DNA of 64,000 nucleotides from Candidatus Kapaibacterium sp. (lineage in GTDB: Bacteria > Bacteroidota > Ignavibacteria > Kapaibacteriales > UBA2268): contig CAXXGR010000004.1 of NCBI GenBank assembly GCA_963678775.2, positions 136,747-200,746 of the forward strand, given 5' to 3'. Shown one piece after another: positions 9,203-19,519 of this stretch. Within the stretch, counting starts at the first letter, position 1; each line of letters begins with the position of its first letter. The position numbers and the translations under genes were made by a program. The notes beneath the pieces are model-generated. The model made no database searches. It was given only the letters and a program-made list of their open reading frames with translations, and was not told the origin of the DNA.

Positions 9203-10039
9203 CTACTTAGCAACTATGATTTTTTGTTTAGATACAATTGTGTCTGTTGTTCTAACATGAACAAAGTATACACCATTAGAAAGTTGTTTGGACGCATCAA
9301 TGTAATTTATTTGAGAATCAAGATTGCCTTCTAGTATTTTATTCCCTGTAGAATCAAATATTTCAAAAGTATATTTCTCTTCATTGCGATTCATCATTGA
9401 TATTGTAAAATTACCATTATTAGGGATAAGTTACACTTTGACATTTGTAATATTTTCTGTTTGCGAAAGAACAGGCTCTCTTACTAAAATCTGTTCGTAT
9501 TTTTCAACTGAATCTATTTCATATTCAGGAGAAATCAACTTCCATGTATTCCCCGTATCTGTACTTTTGGCAAATTTGGTAGAAGTGCCTGCCACAAAAA
9601 CCAAGCTAGCTCTTGAACAAATTTTAGTATATGGAAAAACATCATCAAAATAACTGGTATCTACCCAAGTTTTACCTTGATCTGATGTTTTTAGCATTCT
9701 TTTATAGCCTGCAAGTGCTATTATATTGTTTTTATCTAAATATTTAACATCTGTAAATAAATAGTTATAAAAATCGGGATCCCATTTGTCAGTGAAATCT
9801 TCATAATAAATGGTATCCCATGTTTGACCATAGTCCTCTGTTATTTGAATCATCCGAAAATATGTTAAGCCTATCGCAGAAGTTGCAATAACAAAAGTTG
9901 ACGTATCTAAAGCAGAAATATATTTGCTCCAAAAAGGCGACTCATTCTCTGAAAAATCAGAGACCTTCCATTGATAGTCTTGGGCTTGGGAAATACTTGT
10001 TGCATAGACAAGCACTAATAAAAAGTAAAAAGTACGCAT
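9203..10039 (-). pseudogene. Internally deleted, nonsense-interrupted paralog of the 7716 BNR/T9SS gene
   Basis: 9431..10039 matches the neighbour's N-terminus (DYGQTWDTIYY, DVKYLDKNNIIAL, YEIDSVEKY); 9203..9397 is in frame and encodes a T9SS CTD; the join reads VKV*LIPNNGNF where YPNP is expected. Confidence 0.75.
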
Positions 10040-10364
10040 TTGTAAAATTCTTATATTAATATATTATTAAAGTTAGCAATCTCATAGAATACATCCATCT
10101 ATATTTATGCTGCAACTTGAAAAACTTCAACCTTGTTTTTTTTCTAATCTAACTCGTATTATTACAATCATGACTATAATATGTTCAATATCATTATATA
10201 TACATACCATGTTTATTAAATACTAACATCATATCCTTCATTCAAATTGTCTCAAGCTCTTTTAGGCTTAGACCACCTCTAATGCTTTTCAAATTCTATA
10301 CAAGATTTTTCTATATATTCGTAGTATGCTGAGTGCGAATTTATATCAATTTATAGTATAGAAT

Positions 10365-11759
10365 ATGTCATCAATCATAGAAAATATAAAATCACTTAAA
10401 TCCGGCTTTTGGGTACTCAATCTTATCCAGATGACCGAAAAGCTTGCTTACTGGATTATGCTTTTGCAGATTCCTATATATATTGCTCAAAAGGATGCTG
10501 TAGGTGGCTTGCAATGGGGACAGGACACAAAAGGGCAAATCTTCTTCTTTTGGGCAGTGTTGCAAAACTTAACTTCTGTTTTCTCAGGAGCATTTGTCGA
10601 TAAAATCGGCAGAAAGAAGGCAATGTTTGTCTCCTATTTGATGATGATTTTGGGGCTTTTCCTTATCGCTACCCAAAGAGAATTTTATCCTTTTCTTTTT
10701 GGAACTATTACATACGGTATCGGACTTGGGGTGTTTCGCCCTGCACTACAGGGAGCAGTAGCTGCTAATTTGAATCCAAAAAACTCCGCTATTGGCTGGG
10801 GCATTTATATCATGCTACTGAATTTCGCCGTCTTTTTCGGGCCTCCTATTACCATGATATTAAAAGACATCTCTTGGCAAGCAGTGTTTTTTGGTAGTGC
10901 TGCTATCATGAGTTTTAACTTTGCTCTTACTTTCCTTTATAAGTCTACTGATGACAAAGAGAAGAGCTATCCTGGAACTAAAGCTATCTTTGCTAATTTC
11001 AAGGCGAATATCTTAAATCCGCAGATATCAGTTTTTCTGCTGATTATGACCGGTTTTACTATAATTTATATGCAGTTTTATGAAACTCTCCCAAACTTTA
11101 TCTTCGATTGGGTAAACACTGGCAATGTTGCTAAGGACTTGCATCTGCCTGACTTCCTTTTAAGCGAATCGGGTGGGATTTCCTATGAGTGGTTGTATAA
11201 CATTAATTCCGGTTTGATTGTGCTATTTGTAGTATTCACATCTTGGCTGTTTTCGCGGGCTAAGGTGATAACCGGTTTGTGGGTAGGCGTGTTGCTGGCA
11301 ACTGTTGGATTTGTGCTAAGTGGTATATCTCAAAATGGCTATTATCTGATAGCCGGCTTTTGGGTTTACACGTTTGGTGAGATGATTGCCAATCCCCACT
11401 TTAATGAGTTTATGGGCAGGCGTGCAAAAATAGAGGACAAATCGATGTTCATGAGTTTTATGTATGCTTCGTGGACTGTCGGATTGGGAATAGGTGCACT
11501 TTCAGGCGGATGGATATATAAGGCTTTGGGTGAGAAGTCAGGATTTGCAATTCGCTACTTAGCTGATAACTTTAATCTTTCAGGAGTGGAGCACAGTGCG
11601 GCTCTGCAAGTGCTGGCAGAAAAGACGGGCATGAGTTCGCAAGAGACTACTACTTTGCTATGGAACACGTATAATCCACAGCTTTTGCTTTTGCCATTCA
11701 GTATTATAGGATTGCTGTCGGTAGTGGGCTTAGTATGGTATAGTAGGAAGTACAAATAA
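10365..11759 (+). CDS. MFS transporter (POT/peptide-transporter-like)
   Basis: ~12 hydrophobic segments; GAFVDKIGRKK motif A; EKLAYW resembles ExxERFxYY. Confidence 0.8.
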   Translation: MSSIIENIKSLKSGFWVLNLIQMTEKLAYWIMLLQIPIYIAQKDAVGGLQWGQDTKGQIFFFWAVLQNLTSVFSGAFVDKIGRKKAMFVSYLMMILGLFLIATQREFYPFLFGTITYGIGLGVFRPALQGAVAANLNPKNSAIGWGIYIMLLNFAVFFGPPITMILKDISWQAVFFGSAAIMSFNFALTFLYKSTDDKEKSYPGTKAIFANFKANILNPQISVFLLIMTGFTIIYMQFYETLPNFIFDWVNTGNVAKDLHLPDFLLSESGGISYEWLYNINSGLIVLFVVFTSWLFSRAKVITGLWVGVLLATVGFVLSGISQNGYYLIAGFWVYTFGEMIANPHFNEFMGRRAKIEDKSMFMSFMYASWTVGLGIGALSGGWIYKALGEKSGFAIRYLADNFNLSGVEHSAALQVLAEKTGMSSQETTTLLWNTYNPQLLLLPFSIIGLLSVVGLVWYSRKYK

Positions 11760-11822
11760 AACAATTCACGCGAATAAATCATTTACTTATATTTGTATAT
11801 GTTCCAAAATCGTAATATAGAA

Positions 11823-12818
11823 ATGTATAGAAATATTATACTTTTGTTCCTTGCTATGCTTCCTACGGTGTCATTAGCCGCCGAACCGGATAATTCCGCA
11901 CTGCTTGCAGACTCTTCTTACCAGCAGTATAAAATAGATGAGAACACAATTTTTCACTATAAAGAGCCTAAGTCATTTGAGTTTATTACAAACGTACCCG
12001 GTAACTTTATAGACTTCTATGATAGAGGATTTTCTACTGATTTATGGCCTGAATATGCTATTATTACGGGTTCTACTGTGCTCTTATGGTATTACGACCA
12101 AGACTTACTTGACAGGAGTCAGCAGTGGGGAAGAGATTTGGGGCTCGGGAATAGTGATAAAACAACTTCTTATATATCAATTGGTGACTTACCCATATTT
12201 AGAGGGCCTTCGGATTGGGGTTCAGCGATGTACTTTATTGGTGATGGTTGGACTCATATCGGATTTTCATTAGGATTCTATGCTTACGGGCTTATAGATA
12301 ATGATAACCGTGCCTTGCAGACAGCCTCTCAGTTAGCACAGGGAATGCTTACTACAGGCGTAGCTACTCAGGTATTAAAACATATCACAGGCAGGCAGAG
12401 TCCTTACGTTTCTACAGAAAAGCGAGGCAAATGGGATTTATTTCCCGATCAGGTGGAATACCACAAACATGTTTCTTCTCACGATGCCTTCCCTTCCGGG
12501 CACATCGCTACTGCAATGATGACTGTTACTGTTATTGCAGAAAACTATCCCGAATACACTTACATTCGCCCGGTAGGCTATACCTTGATGTCTCTTCTGA
12601 TGTATCAAATGATGAATAACGGAGTGCACTGGGCAAGCGATTATCCTCTTGGAATAGCCATAGGTTATTTAATGGGAAAAATAGCTGTAGATAATGGTAG
12701 AAAAATTGTTAAATTGAACGATGTTCAAAATCAAACATGGTATGATAAAATCCAGGTTACACCTTCAATAAATTTATTGGGTGGCATGAGCATCAATTTA
12801 ACTTACCCATTGTATTAG
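11823..12818 (+). CDS. PAP2-family phosphatase-like exported protein (divergent motifs)
   Basis: Signal peptide; KHITGRQSP, FPSGH, NGVHWASD. Confidence 0.7.
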   Translation: MYRNIILLFLAMLPTVSLAAEPDNSALLADSSYQQYKIDENTIFHYKEPKSFEFITNVPGNFIDFYDRGFSTDLWPEYAIITGSTVLLWYYDQDLLDRSQQWGRDLGLGNSDKTTSYISIGDLPIFRGPSDWGSAMYFIGDGWTHIGFSLGFYAYGLIDNDNRALQTASQLAQGMLTTGVATQVLKHITGRQSPYVSTEKRGKWDLFPDQVEYHKHVSSHDAFPSGHIATAMMTVTVIAENYPEYTYIRPVGYTLMSLLMYQMMNNGVHWASDYPLGIAIGYLMGKIAVDNGRKIVKLNDVQNQTWYDKIQVTPSINLLGGMSINLTYPLY

Positions 12819-12836
12819 TCAGTTATTATTTGAGTT

Positions 12837-13358
12837 ATGAAGTTAGTTATTATTATTATTGCCATACTGGTTATTTTCACTAATAAATGCTTATCTCAAC
12901 ATTCCATAGAAAAGTCCGGAGATATAATTCAAATAGGCTTGCCTGTGGGAGCTTTTGTTATAAGTTGCTTTGACGACTCGTACGAAAATTTTGTCTATAG
13001 CATGGTGGCAACTCAAATAGTAACTCATACCGTAAAACGAACTTTAAACAGACCAAGACCAAGCGGAGGAGATTTTTCTTTCCCTTCAGGTCACACATCT
13101 GCTGCCTTTCAAGCGGCATCTTTCCTTCATTTTAAATATGGTTGGAAAGTAGGGCTTCCTAGTTTTGCATTGGCTGCTTATGTAGGCTGGTCACGTTTTT
13201 ATGTAGATAAGCATTATATTAGCGATATCATTGCAGGAGCAGCTTTAGGAGTTTTTATGTCATATATCTGTTTAGAAAATGACGTAAGAATCTTCACCAG
13301 TTCCAAGAAAATAGAAGATCAGGATGCTTACGCCATCAATTTTCAAATATCATTTTAG
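12837..13358 (+). CDS. PAP2-family phosphatase (LpxE/PgpB-like)
   Basis: Intact KRTLNRPRP, SFPSGH, SRFYVDKHYISD motifs. Confidence 0.85.
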   Translation: MKLVIIIIAILVIFTNKCLSQHSIEKSGDIIQIGLPVGAFVISCFDDSYENFVYSMVATQIVTHTVKRTLNRPRPSGGDFSFPSGHTSAAFQAASFLHFKYGWKVGLPSFALAAYVGWSRFYVDKHYISDIIAGAALGVFMSYICLENDVRIFTSSKKIEDQDAYAINFQISF

Positions 13359-13369
13359 AAATAGAGTTT

Positions 13370-13996
13370 CTATAAAGTGCCGAAAATCCTGTCTCCTGCA
13401 TCTCCTAAACCCGGTAATATATATTTTTTATCATTGAGCTCTCTGTCGATACTTACAGTATAAATTTTATAGTTGGGGAACTCCGAGTTTATTCTTTCTA
13501 TTCCTTCCGGAGCGGCTAATACATTCAATATTCTAATTTCTTTATGTTTCTCTAATTCCAATTTTTTAAGAGACTCTACTAAAGATATACCGGTAGCAAG
13601 CATTACATCCAAAACAAAGAAAATACTGTTTTCCGTGCTTTCTGGTACAGAATATAGATATTGTAACCCTTCAAAAGTTTCTTCATCACGTTTCATACCT
13701 ACTAATGCAGTTCTGGCATAAGGTACTGCCTGCAAAAATCCATCTAACATCCCAAGCCCTGCTCTTAAAATAGGAGTAGCTATAATATCGCAAGCTACAG
13801 CATGCCCCTTTGTAGTCTCTAAGGGTGTAGTAATATACTGTGGTTTAAGAGGTAAGTCCTCAGTGGCTTTTATAGCAATAAGTGCAGATATCCTTTTCAA
13901 AATAGCCTTAAAATGCTCAAAGTGTAGGTTTTTATCACGAATTAGCGATAAATCGTGTAATGCCAATGGGTGAGTTATAAGCTCTATCTTACTCAT
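13370..13996 (-). CDS. upp: Uracil phosphoribosyltransferase
   Basis: PILRAGLGM, LDVMLATG, YILPGLGDAGDRIFGT. Confidence 0.93.
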   Translation of the reverse strand: MSKIELITHPLALHDLSLIRDKNLHFEHFKAILKRISALIAIKATEDLPLKPQYITTPLETTKGHAVACDIIATPILRAGLGMLDGFLQAVPYARTALVGMKRDEETFEGLQYLYSVPESTENSIFFVLDVMLATGISLVESLKKLELEKHKEIRILNVLAAPEGIERINSEFPNYKIYTVSIDRELNDKKYILPGLGDAGDRIFGTL

Positions 13997-14379
13997 TAAT
14001 ACAAACTTCCAAATTATAGATTTTCTACAAAACTACTAAATCCACAAAAATACCTTAATAGGAGTTCTTGTCCTATCAGATTTGTTGTTAGGTGTGTGTT
14101 ACAATCAACAATAAGCGTATTTACTAATAATATAGATTAGCAAATATATCTCAAAATACAAGCGAGATATTTGAACGCACATAAGCAATATTAACAAGAC
14201 AAACAGTGCCCTGAACTTTACTTACACTATACCTCCATTGAATGTAGGTGAAATATATTCTACATATAGCTATTAATCTACTAAATTTAGCTTATAAGTT
14301 CCTTTTTGAGGATATCTTATCTCCGAACCGTCAGAGAAACTCGTGAAAGAAATATTTTCAGGTCTTATTCCTTCAAATT

Positions 14380-16335
14380 CTATAGCAAGTTCCGGTACGC
14401 CTCTATCTTCAAATGAAAATAATTTATCTTTGACTCGCAACTGACTAACTCCAATCCCGTTTTAGTAATCTTAATTTCACAGGCATTGTCTATTTGCAAT
14501 TTCAGATAATCTTTTTCACTTAGTTCATTGCTCGGCTCTAATCTAAAGAATATCTTATTCCCATTATTACCCCAGTAAACTCTTTTAAGAAGCTCGCCAA
14601 TCTGGTGCATTGCAGACATAGCTCCCATAGCATTGAATACCCCTGCACCATCCCAACCGGTTTTTTCATCTCTAAAGCCGGAGATAATAGGCTCAACAGT
14701 AGTCGAAGGTGCCTGAAGGATTACGTTCTCGTCCTGAGAAATAGGATGAGAAAGGTATTCCGGTGTCTCTTTGCCTACTATCCTGTAGAACTCAGTAAGA
14801 TGCCAGCGAAACAGTTCATCAAAGTCGCTTTTGTTTTCTGCGTTATGCTCGGGGCCGTACCACCAGTACCAGTCAGAACCCTCCGCAATGTAAAGCTCAT
14901 TCATCGCTTTTTCAAATTGCTCTTTTGGCAAAGTATCCTTAAGAGTTTCAGCAAGCTCTCTTGCTTCGCCTAACATATTCCAAGCCTTACGGTCATCTTC
15001 GTCGCCAATCCATATTGAAAAGTTTGCATTAATCCAAGAGCCTGAAAAAATAGAATCTAATGGTGGTAGGAACTCATTTTCTCTTTTGGCAGCAGCTTCG
15101 CTCATAGTTACAGTAGTAATCTCATCCATATTGGAGAAACGAGCATAAAGTTCTCTTAGGAAAGGTCTGCCATTGTCAAAGTAGTATTCCCAGCAGTTTT
15201 CTCCGTCAAGGATAATTGGGACAACTGCATAATCCAAAGCATCTTCGCCGTATACTTTTATGATTTCATTTCTAATTTTTGTAATATTGTTGCAGAAATC
15301 ATCTGCTGCTTGCACAGCGTCCCAGTTTGAATAGACAAATCCAATCCTGTCCGAAAGAAAATGGTCGCGGAAAAAGACAGTGATGTCACCTTCTTTCGTA
15401 TTGAATTTGCGAGGGAAAAACTTATCTACCTCTTTGGCCATTCCGCCGGGAGTGCGCCTCAATATTTCCTCGTCAGTTGCTACCCAGCGAACTTGGTTCT
15501 TAGCAAATAACTCAAGAGCTTTATTGGAAACCGAGCCTTCCGAAGGCCACATACCCGCCGGTCGTTTGCTGAAGACATGTTCGGTATATTTAAGTGCATT
15601 TGATATGTGCCACTCGGCATCTTCCGGATATTTATACAGTGGATTAGGCATAGACACATTAGGCATAGCTTCCTTAGCAGACTCGGAGTCGCAAACTAAG
15701 GGAATTATAGGATGATACATCGGCGAGCAGCTAATCTCTATTTGATTCAAATCCTGTAGGGATTTCATCTGACCTGTAACACGTTTTAGTATTTCTATGT
15801 GTTTATCTAAGATAAAAAGTTTTTCAGTCTCAGTAAAATTGCCCCCTTTATCAAAGAAACGCTTGATAGCTAGATTTTCTTTGGAGTAAGGCCCAAACCA
15901 AGTCAGATTGTACCACACCTGAAGATCACGAAAGTCCTGTTCTGTAAAGTTTGCCAAAGCCGCATCATGATTTCTGCTCCTCTCGTATAAATCTCTGTAC
16001 CTACCATAAGGTAAAACCATATTATCAACATGGCAGAGGAAAAAGAGGTTTAGTATTTCAGATTTTTGCTTCATATTAAGAAGATTTGCAGGCAACTTGC
16101 TTAGTCTAAGGACTTTATCTTCCTTTTGAGCAAAAATATAATCCTCAATTTGCATCATCATAGAAGGAACAAGATTAAAGGTTTGCTTTACATTCGGGAA
16201 TTCGTGCAACACTTCCGGCAAATCAAAATAGTCTTTCACACCATGCAAACGAGTCCAAGGCATTAAAAATCCATCTTTATAACTATACAGCGGCTGGTGT
16301 TTATGCCACAAAATGGCAACTTTAACAGGTTTCAT
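14380..16335 (-). CDS. Glycoside hydrolase family 57 (amylopullulanase-like); C-terminus possibly frameshifted
   Basis: WHKHQP, YHPIIPL, WPSEG, ILDGENCWE, AEGSDWYWW. Confidence 0.9.
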   Translation of the reverse strand: MKPVKVAILWHKHQPLYSYKDGFLMPWTRLHGVKDYFDLPEVLHEFPNVKQTFNLVPSMMMQIEDYIFAQKEDKVLRLSKLPANLLNMKQKSEILNLFFLCHVDNMVLPYGRYRDLYERSRNHDAALANFTEQDFRDLQVWYNLTWFGPYSKENLAIKRFFDKGGNFTETEKLFILDKHIEILKRVTGQMKSLQDLNQIEISCSPMYHPIIPLVCDSESAKEAMPNVSMPNPLYKYPEDAEWHISNALKYTEHVFSKRPAGMWPSEGSVSNKALELFAKNQVRWVATDEEILRRTPGGMAKEVDKFFPRKFNTKEGDITVFFRDHFLSDRIGFVYSNWDAVQAADDFCNNITKIRNEIIKVYGEDALDYAVVPIILDGENCWEYYFDNGRPFLRELYARFSNMDEITTVTMSEAAAKRENEFLPPLDSIFSGSWINANFSIWIGDEDDRKAWNMLGEARELAETLKDTLPKEQFEKAMNELYIAEGSDWYWWYGPEHNAENKSDFDELFRWHLTEFYRIVGKETPEYLSHPISQDENVILQAPSTTVEPIISGFRDEKTGWDGAGVFNAMGAMSAMHQIGELLKRVYWGNNGNKIFFRLEPSNELSEKDYLKLQIDNACEIKITKTGLELVSCESKINYFHLKIEAYRNLL

Positions 16336-16544
16336 TGTATCTCATTTTATCTAATTAATATTAAGCATAATATATAGGAAGGCGAGAGAAGAAGCAAGAT
16401 ATTATATATTTATATCCGGTAAAGCCAGCAATACTATAATCGAAGTACTCGATCAAAGTATTAAAATTTATAAAATACCTTGTTGTTATTATAAATGTTT
16501 CATATTTTGACATATTAGTACTATAAATTTCTAAGAAGCTGCAG

Positions 16545-16964
16545 ATGTACAAAATCTTATTAATATCGATGATGCTGATGTTTAGTGTGACAGGATGTGT
16601 TGTTTTGCAGTTTGTGATGCCGTAAACAAATAAAATCTATTATTCTTCAAAATTTGCTCTTACAAAAGACGAGATTGGTGATAAAGATAGAATACAAGAC
16701 TCAGATACTTTTAAGATAATTGATTTAAGTAGAGAATATAATACTTTAAAAGATGTTGTGATTTTAAAAGAATCTGCATTTTATAAACTTTCTGAACTTT
16801 GGCTTGAAGGTAAGTGCACAATATGTTTATGCTATTTTGATAAAATTGGTTACCTCAGTATTTCAGATGATTTTTATTTTAGTTATCAATCGAAATTATA
16901 TAAAATTGAATTGATTAATCCAAGACAGTTAAAAATTGTATTAGAAAGTGTCGCAATGAGTTAA
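16545..16964 (+). pseudogene. Putative lipoprotein gene interrupted by one in-frame TAA
   Basis: ATG 16545 MYKILLISMMLMFSVTG-C lipobox; TAA at 16623-16625; the same frame then stays open to 16964 and includes ORF-track 16758..16964. Confidence 0.55.
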
Positions 16965-16989
16965 CAAACAAAAGAATTAAAATACAACA

Positions 16990-17883
16990 ATGAAATTCAG
17001 AGATAAAGTATTTATATCAGTAGCGGAAAATCTTAGCTTTTCTAAGGCGGCTGAGGTGATGTTCATCAGTCAGCCGGCGGTTACTAAGCATATTAAGGAG
17101 ATGGAATCCGCTCTTAATCTTACGCTCTTTGAGCGGAAGGGCAATCGTGTGTTCTTAACTAAAGCCGGGAAGCTGGCTTATGAACATCTTAAAAGCATTA
17201 GGCAGCTCTACCGCGAAATGGAGTTCGAACTTGAAAGACTTAATGATGCTTTCAAGGGTAGCCTTCGTATTGGTGCCAGCTCTACTATTTCTCAGTATGT
17301 TTTGCCAAAAATACTTGCTGCATTTCATAGACGTTACCCGGAAATAGAAATCTTCCTCTTTAATGGCAACTCATTTGAGATGGAGCAGAAGCTCTTGGCA
17401 AACGAAATCGACTTGGCTCTTGTTGAAAATATGACTTCGCACCAGGATTTAAAATATAGCAATTTTATGGAAGATGATATTATTGCTGTTGCCGCTAGTT
17501 CCGGTGTGTATGGGAAGATTAAATCAATATCGCTAACGGATATTTTCAATATCCCTATTATTCTGCGTGAACAAGGATCCGGCTCTTTGCAGGTAATCCT
17601 GAATGCTCTGGCGAAACATAGTATAGAATTACAAGAGCTAAATGTTGCTTTTCATCTAGGTAGCACCGAAGCTATTAAAAATTTCTTGCCGGAATTTGAT
17701 GGCATAGCTCTTATATCCGAAAAAGCACTCGCTAAAGAGTTTCGTCTGAGAGAGCTAGTCCCTATCGATATTAAGCAACTCTCTATTTGCAGAAAGTTCC
17801 GAATTGCTAGACGTAAAGGGCAAGTTAATTCGGCAGCTCAGATTTTGATTGATTTTCTTCTTAATCATAACTATAAGTTATAG
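16990..17883 (+). CDS. LysR-family regulator (YeiE/CysL-like)
   Basis: SFSKAAEVMFISQPAVTKHIKEME HTH; LRIGASSTI; LREQGSGS; GSTEAIK. Confidence 0.9.
   Translation: MKFRDKVFISVAENLSFSKAAEVMFISQPAVTKHIKEMESALNLTLFERKGNRVFLTKAGKLAYEHLKSIRQLYREMEFELERLNDAFKGSLRIGASSTISQYVLPKILAAFHRRYPEIEIFLFNGNSFEMEQKLLANEIDLALVENMTSHQDLKYSNFMEDDIIAVAASSGVYGKIKSISLTDIFNIPIILREQGSGSLQVILNALAKHSIELQELNVAFHLGSTEAIKNFLPEFDGIALISEKALAKEFRLRELVPIDIKQLSICRKFRIARRKGQVNSAAQILIDFLLNHNYKL
17867..17881. promoter_or_regulatory. Putative LysR operator for the yeiH-like gene
   Basis: Palindrome ATAAC-TATAA-GTTAT (T-N11-A) overlapping the regulator 3' end; further ATAAC/GTTAT half-sites extend to ~17917, just upstream of a TAnnTTTG box. 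Confidence 0.55.
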
Positions 17884-17959
17884 CATATAACATATATGTA
17901 TTTGTTATAATTATAACTATCGCGTATTTTTGCTCTATATAATAATTGGAGTTAAAGAC

Positions 17960-18892
17960 ATGCAGATAGGCCACAAACAAACAACGATACTGTACAGCAT
18001 TATTATTTTTTTATGCTTTACCCCTTTTCTATCTCCTGCCATTGCATTAATGATTGGTATTGCTCTATCTATTCTTGATCTGAAACACAGTCATATTAAG
18101 AAATATACTTCTCTGTCATTGCAGGCCTCTATTGTACTGATGGGCTTCGGTATGAATCTTACTCAAGTTATTGCAGCATCAAAAGTGGGATTTGTAGAAA
18201 CAGCTATCTCAGTAACATTTGTAATAGTTACTGGTTTGCTGTTGACTAAACTGCTGAAAGTAGAATCGAATATCGGCATGCTGATTTCTGCCGGCACCGC
18301 TATCTGTGGTGGGAGTGCCATTGCTGCGGTTGCTCCTATCATCAAAGCAAAAAACTACCAAATATCGTTTGCATTAGTTGTAATCTTCGTCTTAAATGCC
18401 ATCGCGCTGATGATTTTTCCTTCTATTGGACATTACTTAGGCCTAAGTCAGGAAACATTTGGTCACTGGGCTGCTATTGCAATTCATGATACCAGCTCTG
18501 TAGTTGGGGCAGGGGCTGAATATGGCCCAAGAGCATTAGAGATAGCAACAACAATCAAGCTTATCAGAGCATTATGGATTATTCCGGTTTCATTTGTAAT
18601 TGTACTTTTTACAAAAGACAAGTCGGGTGGCAAAGTAAAAATTCCGTGGTTCATTGGGCTTTTTGCTTTGGCGATAGTAATAGCATATCTATTTCCAAGT
18701 GAAGCCGCCACATATGCCCATTTTACTTGGCTTGGCAAGAGAGGCATGGTAGTAGCACTATTCCTAATCGGAGCAAATATTTCCTTCGCCGAAGTCAAAG
18801 AAGCCGGACTAAGAAGCTTCGCTTTAGGTATTCTTTTGTGGATAATAATTGGTGTAAGTTCATTAGTAACTATGTTAATAGGAATTTATTAG
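17960..18892 (+). CDS. YeiH/UPF0324 putative sulfate exporter
   Basis: GTAICGGSAIAAVAP, AIHDTSSVVGAG, KLIRALWI; GGAG RBS before ATG 17960. Confidence 0.9.
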   Translation: MQIGHKQTTILYSIIIFLCFTPFLSPAIALMIGIALSILDLKHSHIKKYTSLSLQASIVLMGFGMNLTQVIAASKVGFVETAISVTFVIVTGLLLTKLLKVESNIGMLISAGTAICGGSAIAAVAPIIKAKNYQISFALVVIFVLNAIALMIFPSIGHYLGLSQETFGHWAAIAIHDTSSVVGAGAEYGPRALEIATTIKLIRALWIIPVSFVIVLFTKDKSGGKVKIPWFIGLFALAIVIAYLFPSEAATYAHFTWLGKRGMVVALFLIGANISFAEVKEAGLRSFALGILLWIIIGVSSLVTMLIGIY

Positions 18893-18907
18893 AATACAAT
18901 GTTTTAT

Positions 18908-19085
18908 AATCCCAGATTTGTCATTAGATGCCGTAAAGTGCTGTAAAAGACCGTAGAATCAAGGAGTATGCTTACTTCCTTTGTAAGAAAAAATTACGAA
19001 ATTGCTGATTGAACAAGGGGTTTCAACCCCTTGCCATGCAATGACTTTAGAGCTTTTTCATTATTTCAAATGACATTTTTGGGAT
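18908..19085. mobile_element. MITE-like element copy 1 (~177 bp)
   Basis: Terminal inverted repeats AATCCCAGATTTGTCATT / AATGACATTTTTGGGAT; internal CAAGGGGTTTCAACCCCTTG hairpin; alignable with copy 2 at 24680-24859. Confidence 0.75.
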
Positions 19086-19187
19086 AATCATACACTTGAA
19101 CTTATCTTGAGCACTATTCCACTATCTTATAAGTCAGTTTTCTGTAAAAGGTTTATCTGTGCTTGCTAATTGGCTAAGGTACCTAAA

Positions 19188-19401
19188 TCCTCTAAATCTC
19201 TACTTCCCTTCGGGCTATGCTATGGATAAACTCTAGCTCAGCACATCGCTTTGCCCGGGGAGACTTATTTCTATAATATATTTTCCCCTGCATCTCCACC
19301 CTCCTGACAAGAAGGGTCGGGTTTTCGCCTGCGAAAACACGGGGAGTTTTAGCAGTGCTTTCTAATTGGAAAACGTGCCATATTCCTCTAAATCTCTACT
19401 T
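19188..19401. repeat. 18-bp direct repeat enclosing GC-rich REP-like palindromes
   Basis: TCCTCTAAATCTCTACTT at 19188-19205 and 19384-19401; GTTTTCGCCTGCGAAAAC and CCCTCCTGACAAGAAGGG hairpins lie between them. Confidence 0.55.
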
Positions 19402-19519
19402 TGAATAAAGAATCACAACTGGCAATACACACAAACATAAACAACATAAGTTAATCTTATATTAAAATATTACGATAGTATCATAAAATATAGCCAAAGA
19501 TTAGAATATGTGACGTGTG

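Noticed and set aside
9428-16625. Stop-codon reassignment suggested by two in-frame TAA codons
   Set aside because: TAA is the normal terminator of many conserved genes here (murG, ruvB, dnaB); simple pseudogenisation explains both cases.
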